A stretch of 64,000 nt of DNA, from NCBI GenBank assembly GCA_045650025.1, contig JAZRQR010000130.1:1202-65201 (forward strand), given 5' to 3'. Positions 17,747 through 26,143 of the stretch are shown here, in pieces. The translations under genes were made by a program, and so were the position numbers. Each line of letters begins with the position of its first letter. Position 1 is the first letter of the stretch. The notes below the pieces were generated by a model, which worked only from the letters and a program-made list of their open reading frames with translations, searched no databases and was not told the origin of the DNA. Origin of the DNA: Eubacteriales bacterium. Lineage in GTDB: Bacteria; Bacillota; Clostridia; Oscillospirales; CAG-272.

Positions 17747-18408
17747 TGAAGCAAAAACGCATTACCTTGTTCGTGGGACATTACGGCAGCGGAAAAACCA
17801 ATCTGGCAGTCAATTACGCCATGCACTTGCACAGGCAGGGTGAGCGCGTGGTGCTGGCAGATATGGACATCGTTAACCCCTACTTCCGCTCCAAGGACAG
17901 CGAAGACGAGCTGCAAGCGCTCGGCATTCAAACGCTCTCCTCCCCTTACGCCAACACCAATCTGGACGCACCCGCCATGCCCGCTTCGTTTTACGGCATC
18001 TTTGAGCACAAGGATCGCCTGGCGGTGCTTGACGTGGGCGGCGATGACCGCGGCGCGGTGGCGCTGGGCAGATACGTGCCCATGATACGCGAGGAGAACG
18101 ACTTTGAAATGATCTTTGTTGCCAACGCCTATCGCGCGCTGACCCCCGACCCCGAGGACGCCCTTGAGGTGCTGCGCGAGATCGAGCATGCCTGCAAGCT
18201 GCCCGTGACCGCCATTGCCAACAACTCCCACTTGGGCGAATTTACCGATGCGGACACCGTGCTCTCCTCCCAAGGCTACGTGCAAAAGCTTTGCGAGCTG
18301 ACCGGGCTGCCGCTGGTGATGACCGCCTTTGAAGAGCGTCTGGCGTCCGAGCTGGCGCATCGCGTGCAAAACCCCTTCCCCATTACCCTACAGAAGAAAT
18401 ATTATTGA
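17746..18408 (+). CDS. MinD/ParA/CooC-class (SIMIBI) P-loop NTPase
   Basis: Deviant Walker A GHYGSGKT close to the N-terminus; DMDIVNP and VGGD motifs. Its start overlaps the ligase stop (TAATG). Confidence 0.7.
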   Translation: MKQKRITLFVGHYGSGKTNLAVNYAMHLHRQGERVVLADMDIVNPYFRSKDSEDELQALGIQTLSSPYANTNLDAPAMPASFYGIFEHKDRLAVLDVGGDDRGAVALGRYVPMIREENDFEMIFVANAYRALTPDPEDALEVLREIEHACKLPVTAIANNSHLGEFTDADTVLSSQGYVQKLCELTGLPLVMTAFEERLASELAHRVQNPFPITLQKKYY

Positions 18409-18432
18409 TTTTACATACGGAGGACCCCTACT

Positions 18433-18639
18433 ATGGCAAAACTCACTATTGACGTCGAGAGATGCAAGGGCTGCGGACTTTGCGTGGCAAACTGTCCCAA
18501 AAAGCTTTTGCACATCGCCAAAGACAAAATCAACTCCAAGGGCCATTGCCCTGCCCAAATCACCGATGAATCCGCCTGCGTGGGCTGCGCAAGCTGCGCT
18601 CTGATCTGCCCGGACTGCGTGATCACGGTAGAAAGATAA
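18433..18639 (+). CDS. 2-oxoacid:ferredoxin oxidoreductase delta subunit (2x[4Fe-4S] ferredoxin)
   Basis: 68 aa with CKGCGLCVANCP and CVGCASCALICP cluster motifs. Confidence 0.85.
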   Translation: MAKLTIDVERCKGCGLCVANCPKKLLHIAKDKINSKGHCPAQITDESACVGCASCALICPDCVITVER

Positions 18640-18652
18640 GGAGGAGCGAAAC

Positions 18653-19711
18653 ATGTCTGATAAGGTACTTATGAAAGGCAATGAAGCCATTGCCGAGGCT
18701 GCTATTATGGCAGGCTGCCGTCACTATTTCGGCTACCCCATCACCCCCCAGACCGAAATTGCGGCATACATGGCAAAAAAGATGCCCAAGATCCGCGGCT
18801 GCTTCCTGCAGGCTGAAAGCGAGATCGCTGCTATCAACATGGTCTACGGCGTTGCCGCTACGGGCAAGAGAGTTATGACCTCTTCGTCCTCCCCCGGAAT
18901 CTCGCTGAAAAGCGAGGGCATTTCCTACTTGGCAGGCGCTGACCTGCCTGCGCTGATCGTCAACGTCCAGCGCGGCGGCCCCGGCCTTGGCGGTATCCAG
19001 CCCTCTCAGTCCGATTATTTCCAGGCAACCCGCTCCTGCGGTCACGGCGACTTCCACCTGATCGTGCTGGCTCCCAGCTCGGTACAGGAAATGGCAGAGC
19101 TGACCGTTAAGGGCTTTGACCTTGCCGACAAATACCGCATGACCTCCATGATCCTTGCCGACGGTACTATGGGTCAGATGATGGAGCCCGTCTCGCTTGC
19201 CGACATCAAGCCCACCACGGTGGAAAAGCCCTGGGCGGTCACCGGTACCAAGCTGGAGAGAAAGCACAATATCGTCAACTCGCTCTCCTTGATTCCCGAG
19301 GAGCTCGAGCAGCAGAACTTTGACCGCTTCGACCGCTACCGCCTGGTAGAAGAGAACGAGGTCATGTACGAGGAATTTATGATGGAGGATGCAGAGATCT
19401 GCATCGCGGCATTCGGTATTGCCGCTCGCGTTTCCAAGAACGCAGTCATCGCTGCCCGCGAGATGGGCATCAAGGTGGGTATGATCCGTCCCATCACGCT
19501 CTGGCCCTTCCCCAAGCAGGCGTTCCGTAAGGCCGCCGATCAGGTTAAGGCATTTATTTCGGTCGAGCTGTCCATGGGACAGATGATCGACGACATTCGT
19601 CTTGCCGAGGAATGCATTCGTCCCGTATATCTGTGCAACAGAGCGGGCGGTATGATCCCCTCTCCCGAACAGGTACTGGCAAGCATTCAAAGCATTGCAG
19701 GAGGTAACTGA
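18653..19711 (+). CDS. 2-oxoacid:ferredoxin oxidoreductase alpha subunit
   Basis: MKGNEAIAEAAIMAGCRHYFGYPITPQTEI is the typical POR/VOR/KOR alpha N-terminus. 352 aa. Confidence 0.9.
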   Translation: MSDKVLMKGNEAIAEAAIMAGCRHYFGYPITPQTEIAAYMAKKMPKIRGCFLQAESEIAAINMVYGVAATGKRVMTSSSSPGISLKSEGISYLAGADLPALIVNVQRGGPGLGGIQPSQSDYFQATRSCGHGDFHLIVLAPSSVQEMAELTVKGFDLADKYRMTSMILADGTMGQMMEPVSLADIKPTTVEKPWAVTGTKLERKHNIVNSLSLIPEELEQQNFDRFDRYRLVEENEVMYEEFMMEDAEICIAAFGIAARVSKNAVIAAREMGIKVGMIRPITLWPFPKQAFRKAADQVKAFISVELSMGQMIDDIRLAEECIRPVYLCNRAGGMIPSPEQVLASIQSIAGGN

Positions 19712-19713
19712 TC

Positions 19714-20475
19714 ATGGTAGTTTTCAAAAGACCGCACGCACTTGCGGATATGACCATGCATTACTGCCCCGGCTGCACGCACGGTATTGTGCACAGACTG
19801 GTGGCTGAGGTCATGGACGAGCTTGGCATTGAGGGTAAAACGGTAGGCGTTGCGCCCGTCGGCTGCTCGGTTATGGCATATAACTATTTCAATTGCGATA
19901 TGGTGGAGGCTGCACACGGACGCGCTCCCGCCGTTGCAACCGGACTTAAGAGAGCCAACCCCGAAAACGTGGTATTCACCTATCAGGGTGACGGCGACCT
20001 TGCTTCCATCGGTATGGCAGAGACGGTACACGCCGCTGCACGTAACGAGAATATTACCGTTATTTTCATCAACAACGCCATCTACGGCATGACCGGCGGT
20101 CAGATGGCTCCCACCTCGCTGCCCGGTCAGGTCACCCAGACCTCTCCCTACGGCAGAGATACCGATCATTGCGGCTTCCCCGTTAAGGTTTCCGAGATGC
20201 TCTCGCAGCTGGAAGGCCCGCAGTACATCGAGCGCGTTGCCGTCACCAGCGTTGCAGGCATCCGCAAGGCGAAGAAGGCGATCCTCAAGGCGTTCCAGAA
20301 TCAGGTGGATGGCAAGGGCTTTTCGCTGGTTGAGGTCATCTCCACCTGCCCGACCAACTGGGGCATGACGCCCGAAAAGGCAATGCAGTGGGCTAACGAG
20401 AACATGCTGCCCTACTATCCTCTGGGCGTATACCGTGACCGCGATGCACAGAAGAAGGAGGACGCACAGGCATGA
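19714..20475 (+). CDS. 2-oxoacid:ferredoxin oxidoreductase beta subunit (TPP-binding)
   Basis: YCPGCTHG plus GDGD...NN..YGMTGGQ TPP motif. 253 aa. Confidence 0.9.
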   Translation: MVVFKRPHALADMTMHYCPGCTHGIVHRLVAEVMDELGIEGKTVGVAPVGCSVMAYNYFNCDMVEAAHGRAPAVATGLKRANPENVVFTYQGDGDLASIGMAETVHAAARNENITVIFINNAIYGMTGGQMAPTSLPGQVTQTSPYGRDTDHCGFPVKVSEMLSQLEGPQYIERVAVTSVAGIRKAKKAILKAFQNQVDGKGFSLVEVISTCPTNWGMTPEKAMQWANENMLPYYPLGVYRDRDAQKKEDAQA

Positions 20476-21011
20476 AAACCTTACAGATGTTGATTGCAGG
20501 CTTTGGTGGCCAGGGCGTTCTGTTCCTTGGCAAGATCGTGGCGTATCAGGGTCTGATTGCCGATAAACAGGTCAGCTGGCTGCCCTCCTACGGCCCCGAA
20601 ATGCGCGGCGGTACGGCAAACTGCTCCATTATCGTAAGCGACACCCCCGTCGGCTCGCCCATCGTGGCTACCCCCGACTGTCTGGTTGCCATGAACCTGC
20701 CCTCGCTTGACAAGTACGAGGCAGCCGTCGTGCCCGGCGGTAAGATCTTTGTGGACAGCACGCTGATCACCCGTAAGATCGAGCGCGAGGACGTAGACGC
20801 ATACTACATTCCCGCAACCCAGATTGCCAACGAGATGGGCATTCCCACGCTGGCAAACATGATCATTCTCGGCAAGGTGCTTGCCGAATACCCCGAGCTT
20901 GGCATGGAGTACCTGGAAGCCGCTATGGGCAAGGTCGTCAGCGCCAAGAGAGCCAACCTGATCGAGCAGAATCTGAACGCCATCAAGCTGGGCTACGAAT
21001 ACAAGGCTTAA
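20472..21011 (+). CDS. 2-oxoacid:ferredoxin oxidoreductase gamma subunit
   Basis: [12 protein letters not shown]...[12 protein letters not shown] motif. ATGA overlap with the beta subunit gene. Confidence 0.9.
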   Translation: MKTLQMLIAGFGGQGVLFLGKIVAYQGLIADKQVSWLPSYGPEMRGGTANCSIIVSDTPVGSPIVATPDCLVAMNLPSLDKYEAAVVPGGKIFVDSTLITRKIEREDVDAYYIPATQIANEMGIPTLANMIILGKVLAEYPELGMEYLEAAMGKVVSAKRANLIEQNLNAIKLGYEYKA

Positions 21012-21023
21012 GGAGATATTGCC

Positions 21024-22091
21024 ATGTTGGATATCAAAATCATTGAAAACGAGCAGACCTGGGAGCTTCCCGAGGACAGCAAGCTCGGCTTTGGCAGATA
21101 CTTTACCAACCACATGTTCATGATGGACTATAACAAGCAAGAGGGCTGGCACAATGCGCGCATCGTGCCCTTTGGCACCATTGCGCTGCACCCCGCTGCT
21201 ACCGTGCTGCACTACGGCGCGGAGATCTTTGAGGGGCTTAAGGCTTACCGCCGCCTGTCCGACGGCAAGGTGCAGATGTTCCGTCCCATGGAAAACATTC
21301 GCCGCATGAACGTCAGCGCAGAAAGGCTGTGCCTGCCCACCATTCCCGAAGAGGATGCGCTGCAGTGCTACACCGAATTTGTGCGCCACGAGCAGGCTTG
21401 GGTCCCTCACACCGAGGGCACCTCGCTCTACATCCGCCCCTTTATGTTCGGTAACGACCCCTACCTTGGCGTACACGGCGTAAACGAAGCAGTCTTTATG
21501 ATCATCGCTTCCCCCAGCGGCTCCTATTACAAGGAGGGCATCAACCCCGTTAAGATCATGATCGAGGGTGAGGACGTCCGCGCTGTCAAGGGTGGCACGG
21601 GTCACATCAAGTGCGGCGGCAACTACGCTGCCAGCACCAGAGCCGGCGACAAGGCTGAAAAGCAGGGTTACTCGCAGGTGCTTTGGCTGGACGGCGTGGA
21701 GCGCAAGTACATCGAAGAAGTCGGCGCGATGAACGTTATGTTCAAGATCGACGGCGAAATTGTCACCCCCGCGCTGACCGGCTCGATTTTGCCCGGTATT
21801 ACCAGAAAGTCCTGCCTGGAGGTGCTGCGTGACGCAGGCTATTCTGTCAGCGAGCGCCGTATCAGCGTAGACGAGCTGATCGAGGCTGCACAGACAGGCA
21901 AGCTGGAAGAGGCTTGGGGTACCGGCACGGCAGCAGTTGTTTCCCCCATTGGCGAGCTTTGCTACGGCGGCGTTCGCTACCCCGTCAGCGGCGGCAAGAT
22001 CGGCGCTGTCACCCAGTCCCTGTACGATACCCTGACCGGTATTCAATGGGGCAAGATCCAGGATACCAAGGGATGGATCTTAGAAATCTAA
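21024..22091 (+). CDS. ilvE: Branched-chain amino acid aminotransferase (fold type IV)
   Basis: 355 aa. FGRYFTNHMF, EIFEGLKAY, and GTGHIKCGGNYAAS...GTGTAAVVSP, typical of the long BCAT subclass. Confidence 0.9.
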   Translation: MLDIKIIENEQTWELPEDSKLGFGRYFTNHMFMMDYNKQEGWHNARIVPFGTIALHPAATVLHYGAEIFEGLKAYRRLSDGKVQMFRPMENIRRMNVSAERLCLPTIPEEDALQCYTEFVRHEQAWVPHTEGTSLYIRPFMFGNDPYLGVHGVNEAVFMIIASPSGSYYKEGINPVKIMIEGEDVRAVKGGTGHIKCGGNYAASTRAGDKAEKQGYSQVLWLDGVERKYIEEVGAMNVMFKIDGEIVTPALTGSILPGITRKSCLEVLRDAGYSVSERRISVDELIEAAQTGKLEEAWGTGTAAVVSPIGELCYGGVRYPVSGGKIGAVTQSLYDTLTGIQWGKIQDTKGWILEI

Positions 22092-22109
22092 CTAACGGAG
22101 TACACTGCC

Positions 22110-23513
22110 ATGCGCAATCTCATTATTAACGATATCACTCTCTGCACAAAGCTTGCCGCAGACCAGCTCTCGTTCCGCGAAAAGGTGCAGGCTGCCAGAT
22201 TGCTGGGCAAGATGCACGTCTCGCAGATCACGCTGCCCCAGATCAAGAGCCACAAGGCAGACGCGCTGCTGGCGCGCACCGTAGCGTCGGTCATTACCGA
22301 CACGGTGCTCTGCGCACGCGTCAAGCACGACGGCTCGGATGCCGAGGAGGTATACGCCTCGATCAGCGCGGCAAAGAACAAAAAGCTCGCGCTGGCGCTA
22401 CCCACCTCGCAGGCACAGCTGGAGTTCTTATATCACATCAAGCCCGCAAACGCAGCGGGGACCGTGCAAAAGGGTATTTCTGCGGCACGCGCGCTGTGCG
22501 AAAACGTGGAATTCGTGGCGGAGGACGCCATTCGCGGCGACTATGCCATTCTGACCGGCTGCATCAAGGCAGCGATCGAGGCAGGTGCAACCACCGTCAC
22601 CATCTGCGATCCCGAGGGCTATGCCCTGCCCGCAGATATGATCGTTTTTGTACAAAAGCTCAAGGCTGACGTACCCGAGCTGGCAAACGTCACGCTGGGT
22701 CTTTCCTGCTCGGACGCTTGCGGTCTGGCGCTTGCCACCGTACTGGAATCTCTCTCTGCAGGCGTTGGACAGATCGATCTGTGCTGCGCAGGCAATCAGG
22801 CACCGAGCACCGCTGCAACGCTTTCCATTCTCGCGCAGAGATCCGAGGCGCTGGGCGTGAGCACCTGCGTACTCTACACCGAGGCAAAGACCTGCGCTGC
22901 CGATACCGCACGCCTGTTTGACAAAAAGGCAAGCGGCAAGCTGGATACCGCGCTTGCTACCGAGGGGGAGGGCCTGGTTCTGGACGCAAACGTAGACAAG
23001 CACACCGTGCTTGCCGAGGTGGCAAAGCTGGGCTACACGCTTTCCGCCGAGGACGCTAACCGCGTATACGAGGAATGCAAGAGCATCGCGCAGAGCAAGA
23101 CCATTGGCTCGCGCGAGCTGGACACCATTGTGGCAGCCGTTGCCATGCAGGTGCCCTCTACCTATAAGCTGGTCACCTACGTGATCAATAGCGGTAACAC
23201 CTTCTCCTCCTCTGCGCACATCACCGTGGCAAAGGGCGAAAAGACGCTGCAGGCGATCTCCCTGGGCGACGGTCCGATCGACGCTGCCTTCAAGGCGCTG
23301 GAGCAGATCGTTGGCCACCACTACGAGCTGGACGATTTCCAGATCCACGCCGTGACCGAGGGTCGCGAGGCAGTTGGCTCTGCGCTGGTCAAGCTGCGCT
23401 CCGAGCGCGGTCTGCAGGCAGGCCAGGGCGTTTCCACCGACATCATCGGTGCGTCCATCCGCGCATATCTGGATGCGCTCAACAAGATCGTATATGAGGA
23501 GGCACTGGCGTGA
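22110..23513 (+). CDS. 2-isopropylmalate/citramalate synthase-like protein with degenerate catalytic motifs
   Basis: Colinear with the HMGL-like TIM barrel plus LeuA-dimer domain. The C-terminal domain is conserved (GDGPIDAAFKALEQIVG, STDIIGASIRAYLDALNKI). The RDGEQ-type and HxH motifs are replaced (ITLCTKLAADQ; LSCSDACG). Confidence 0.75.
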   Translation: MRNLIINDITLCTKLAADQLSFREKVQAARLLGKMHVSQITLPQIKSHKADALLARTVASVITDTVLCARVKHDGSDAEEVYASISAAKNKKLALALPTSQAQLEFLYHIKPANAAGTVQKGISAARALCENVEFVAEDAIRGDYAILTGCIKAAIEAGATTVTICDPEGYALPADMIVFVQKLKADVPELANVTLGLSCSDACGLALATVLESLSAGVGQIDLCCAGNQAPSTAATLSILAQRSEALGVSTCVLYTEAKTCAADTARLFDKKASGKLDTALATEGEGLVLDANVDKHTVLAEVAKLGYTLSAEDANRVYEECKSIAQSKTIGSRELDTIVAAVAMQVPSTYKLVTYVINSGNTFSSSAHITVAKGEKTLQAISLGDGPIDAAFKALEQIVGHHYELDDFQIHAVTEGREAVGSALVKLRSERGLQAGQGVSTDIIGASIRAYLDALNKIVYEEALA

Positions 23514-26011
23514 AGCTCTCGTTTTCCAACAGAAAATGGACGGCATGTTCCTATGCCGACCTGCTTTCCCTGTGCGATGCCACGGGTATGCAGGGTCTGG
23601 AGCTTTATGACGTTGCCGATACCTTAGGTGCGCCCGGTCAGCCCTTTGACGCTTCGTGCGCCAGAAGCACGCTGCACACGCTGATCGACCGCCGCATCAC
23701 CCCCGTTTGTTTTGATACATCTGCCGATATTTCTGCCCCCGATGGAGAGGCTTGCGTGCAAACGCTGCGCTCCTACATCGCACTGGCGGCTGCCTTCCGC
23801 GTTCCTTACGTCCGCGTGCACACGCGCACCGACGGCACGGATTGCTTTGATATCGTTTGCAACAATATCGCGCCTCTCTTGCCCTATGCGCAGGAAATGG
23901 GCGTTACGCTGCTGCTGGAGACGGCAGGATGCTTTGCGCATACCGATTCGCTGCGCGAGATCCTCAACCGCTTTGCAAGTGACAGCCTGGGCGCGCTTTG
24001 GGATATGTACAACACCTGCCTTGTGGCAGGCGAGTCGCCCGAGACCACCATTACCAACCTGGGCGCTTACGTCAAGCACGTCCACGTGCGCGACGCCAAG
24101 AATGGCGAATACTGCTTTATGGGCGAGGGCGACCTGCCCATGACGGACCTGATCCGTGCACTCTCCTCGGTCAACTACGACGGCTTTATCTCGCTGGAGT
24201 GGGATCCCGCCTGGATCGCGGACATTGACGATCCCGAGATCATTCTGACCCAGTTTGCCACCTACATGGAGCGTTTTTTCGACACCTCACGTGCGCAGGA
24301 CCACCTCTATGATAACAACGCGCACACGGGTAAGTACGTGTGGAAAAAGGACACGCTGATCGACATGACCTTCTCGCAGGTACTGGACCGCATGGTCGAG
24401 CTGTTCCCCGACCAGTATGCCTTCAAGTACACCACGCTCAACTACACCAGAACCTACGCACAGTTCCGCCGCGACGTGGACAAGTGCGCACGTGCCCTGC
24501 TCTCGCTGGGCGTTCGTCCGGGCAGCCACGTAGCAGTTTGGGCAACCAACGTGCCCGAGTGGTATATCGCCTTCTGGGCGGTGACCAAGATCGGCGCGGT
24601 GCTGGTTTCCATGAATACCGCTTACAAGATCCACGAAGCAGAATACCTCCTGCGTCAGTCCGATACCCACACGCTGATCATGGTAGACGGCTACCGTGAC
24701 TCCAACTACCGTGCCATCATTCGCGAGCTTTGCCCTGAAATGGAGACCACGCCCGCAGGCGAGGCGCTGCATTGCAAGCGCTTGCCCTTCTTGCGCCGCG
24801 TGATCACCTGCGGCTTTGAGGAAAAGGGCGCTTTGACCTGGGAGCAGGCGATGACCTACTCGAACGGTACCCCCCGCGAGGAGCTTGCCCGCGTGGCAGC
24901 CGGCGTTTCTCCGCACGACGTCTGCAACATGCAGTACACCTCGGGCACGACCGGATTCCCCAAAGGCGTTATGCTGACGCACTACAACATTGTCAACAAC
25001 GGTAAGTGCATCGGCGACCGCATGGATCTTTCCACCGCCGACCGCATGATGATTCAGGTGCCCATGTTCCATTGCTTTGGCATGGTGCTTGCAATGACCG
25101 CATCCATGACGCACGGCGTTTCGATCTACCCGCTGCCCTACTTCTCTCCCCGTCCTGCTCTGGCGTGCATTCACCAGGAGCGCATTACCGCATTCCATGG
25201 CGTACCCACCATGTTCATTGCCCTGCTCGAGCACCCCGATTTTGCCAAGACCGACTTCTCGCACGTACGTACCGGCATTATGGCAGGCAGCCCCTGCCCC
25301 ATTTCGGTCATGCGCGACGTGGTAGACAAGATGCACATGAGCGAGATCACCATCGTGTACGGTCAGACCGAGGCGTCTCCCGGCTGCACCATGTCCTCGA
25401 CCAACGACCCGCTTGAGGTGCGCGTTGGTACGGTTGGACGCGCCCTGCCCGAGATCGAGTGCAAGGTAGTCGACCCCGAAACCGGTGAGGAGATGCCCGT
25501 TGGTCAGAACGGCGAGTTCGTAGCCCGCGGCTATAACATTATGAAAGGATATTACAAGATGCCCCGCGCAACCGCTGCCGCCATTGACAAGGACGGCTGG
25601 CTGCACACGGGTGACCTTGCTGCCATGACCGAGGACGGAAACTTCCGTATCACCGGTCGACTCAAGGATATGATCATCCGCGGCGGCGAGAACATCTATC
25701 CCAAGGAGATCGAGGAATTCATTTATACCCATCCCAAGGTCAAGGACGTACAGGTCATCGGCGTGCCCGATGAGCAGTATGGCGAGGAAATTATGGCTTG
25801 CATCATCCTCAAGGAGGGTGAGAGTATGACCGAAAAGGAAATGAAGGGCTATATTCTCGATCACATGGCGCGCCACAAGGTGCCCAAGTACATTGATTTT
25901 GTGGATTCCTTCCCCATGAACGTGGCTGGCAAGATCCTCAAATACAAGATGCGCGAGGACGCCGTCAAAAAGCTGGGTCTGCAAAAGGCTGACAGCATTG
26001 TGACCGCGTAA
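23510..26011 (+). CDS. Xylose-isomerase-like TIM-barrel domain fused to an AMP-forming acyl-CoA ligase (FadD-like)
   Basis: 833 aa. The N-terminal ~260 aa is an AP_endonuc_2/sugar-phosphate-isomerase-like barrel (LLLETAG, HVHVRDA, ISLEWD). The C-terminus has YTSGTTGFPKGV, GEFVARGYNIMKGYY and GRLKDMIIRGGENIYP. GTG start overlaps the upstream stop (GTGA). Confidence 0.85.
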   Translation: MKLSFSNRKWTACSYADLLSLCDATGMQGLELYDVADTLGAPGQPFDASCARSTLHTLIDRRITPVCFDTSADISAPDGEACVQTLRSYIALAAAFRVPYVRVHTRTDGTDCFDIVCNNIAPLLPYAQEMGVTLLLETAGCFAHTDSLREILNRFASDSLGALWDMYNTCLVAGESPETTITNLGAYVKHVHVRDAKNGEYCFMGEGDLPMTDLIRALSSVNYDGFISLEWDPAWIADIDDPEIILTQFATYMERFFDTSRAQDHLYDNNAHTGKYVWKKDTLIDMTFSQVLDRMVELFPDQYAFKYTTLNYTRTYAQFRRDVDKCARALLSLGVRPGSHVAVWATNVPEWYIAFWAVTKIGAVLVSMNTAYKIHEAEYLLRQSDTHTLIMVDGYRDSNYRAIIRELCPEMETTPAGEALHCKRLPFLRRVITCGFEEKGALTWEQAMTYSNGTPREELARVAAGVSPHDVCNMQYTSGTTGFPKGVMLTHYNIVNNGKCIGDRMDLSTADRMMIQVPMFHCFGMVLAMTASMTHGVSIYPLPYFSPRPALACIHQERITAFHGVPTMFIALLEHPDFAKTDFSHVRTGIMAGSPCPISVMRDVVDKMHMSEITIVYGQTEASPGCTMSSTNDPLEVRVGTVGRALPEIECKVVDPETGEEMPVGQNGEFVARGYNIMKGYYKMPRATAAAIDKDGWLHTGDLAAMTEDGNFRITGRLKDMIIRGGENIYPKEIEEFIYTHPKVKDVQVIGVPDEQYGEEIMACIILKEGESMTEKEMKGYILDHMARHKVPKYIDFVDSFPMNVAGKILKYKMREDAVKKLGLQKADSIVTA

Positions 26012-26088
26012 GCCGCATAGAAAAAGCAACGGAATCCGGGGGATTTCGGGGCGTTTTCTTTGCCAAATACATAAGCCAAAGAAAAATC

Positions 26089-26117
26089 TTGACGCAACAA
26101 GAAGAATATGCTATAAT
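26089..26117 (+). promoter_or_regulatory. SigmaA-type promoter
   Basis: TTGACG (26089-26094), 17 nt, TATAAT (26112-26117), upstream of the CPBP protease gene. Confidence 0.65.
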
Positions 26118-26143
26118 GAGAGAAAGAAAACGGAGGCGATACT

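Noticed and set aside
20481-22046. 521-aa minus-strand ORF. Similar long antisense ORFs include 4311-5777, 13758-15101, 15395-16480, 24287-26029, 40141-42198, 60310-61935 and 62458-63645.
   Set aside because: Each is fully overlapped by an opposite-strand gene that has clear family motifs and a proper RBS. Their translations are compositionally biased shadow frames.
26012-26088. Terminator at the end of the ligase/OFOR operon
   Set aside because: Only an imperfect hairpin (CGGAATCC..GGATTTCGG) with a modest T-tract is visible. This is too weak to annotate, so read-through into the CPBP gene cannot be excluded.
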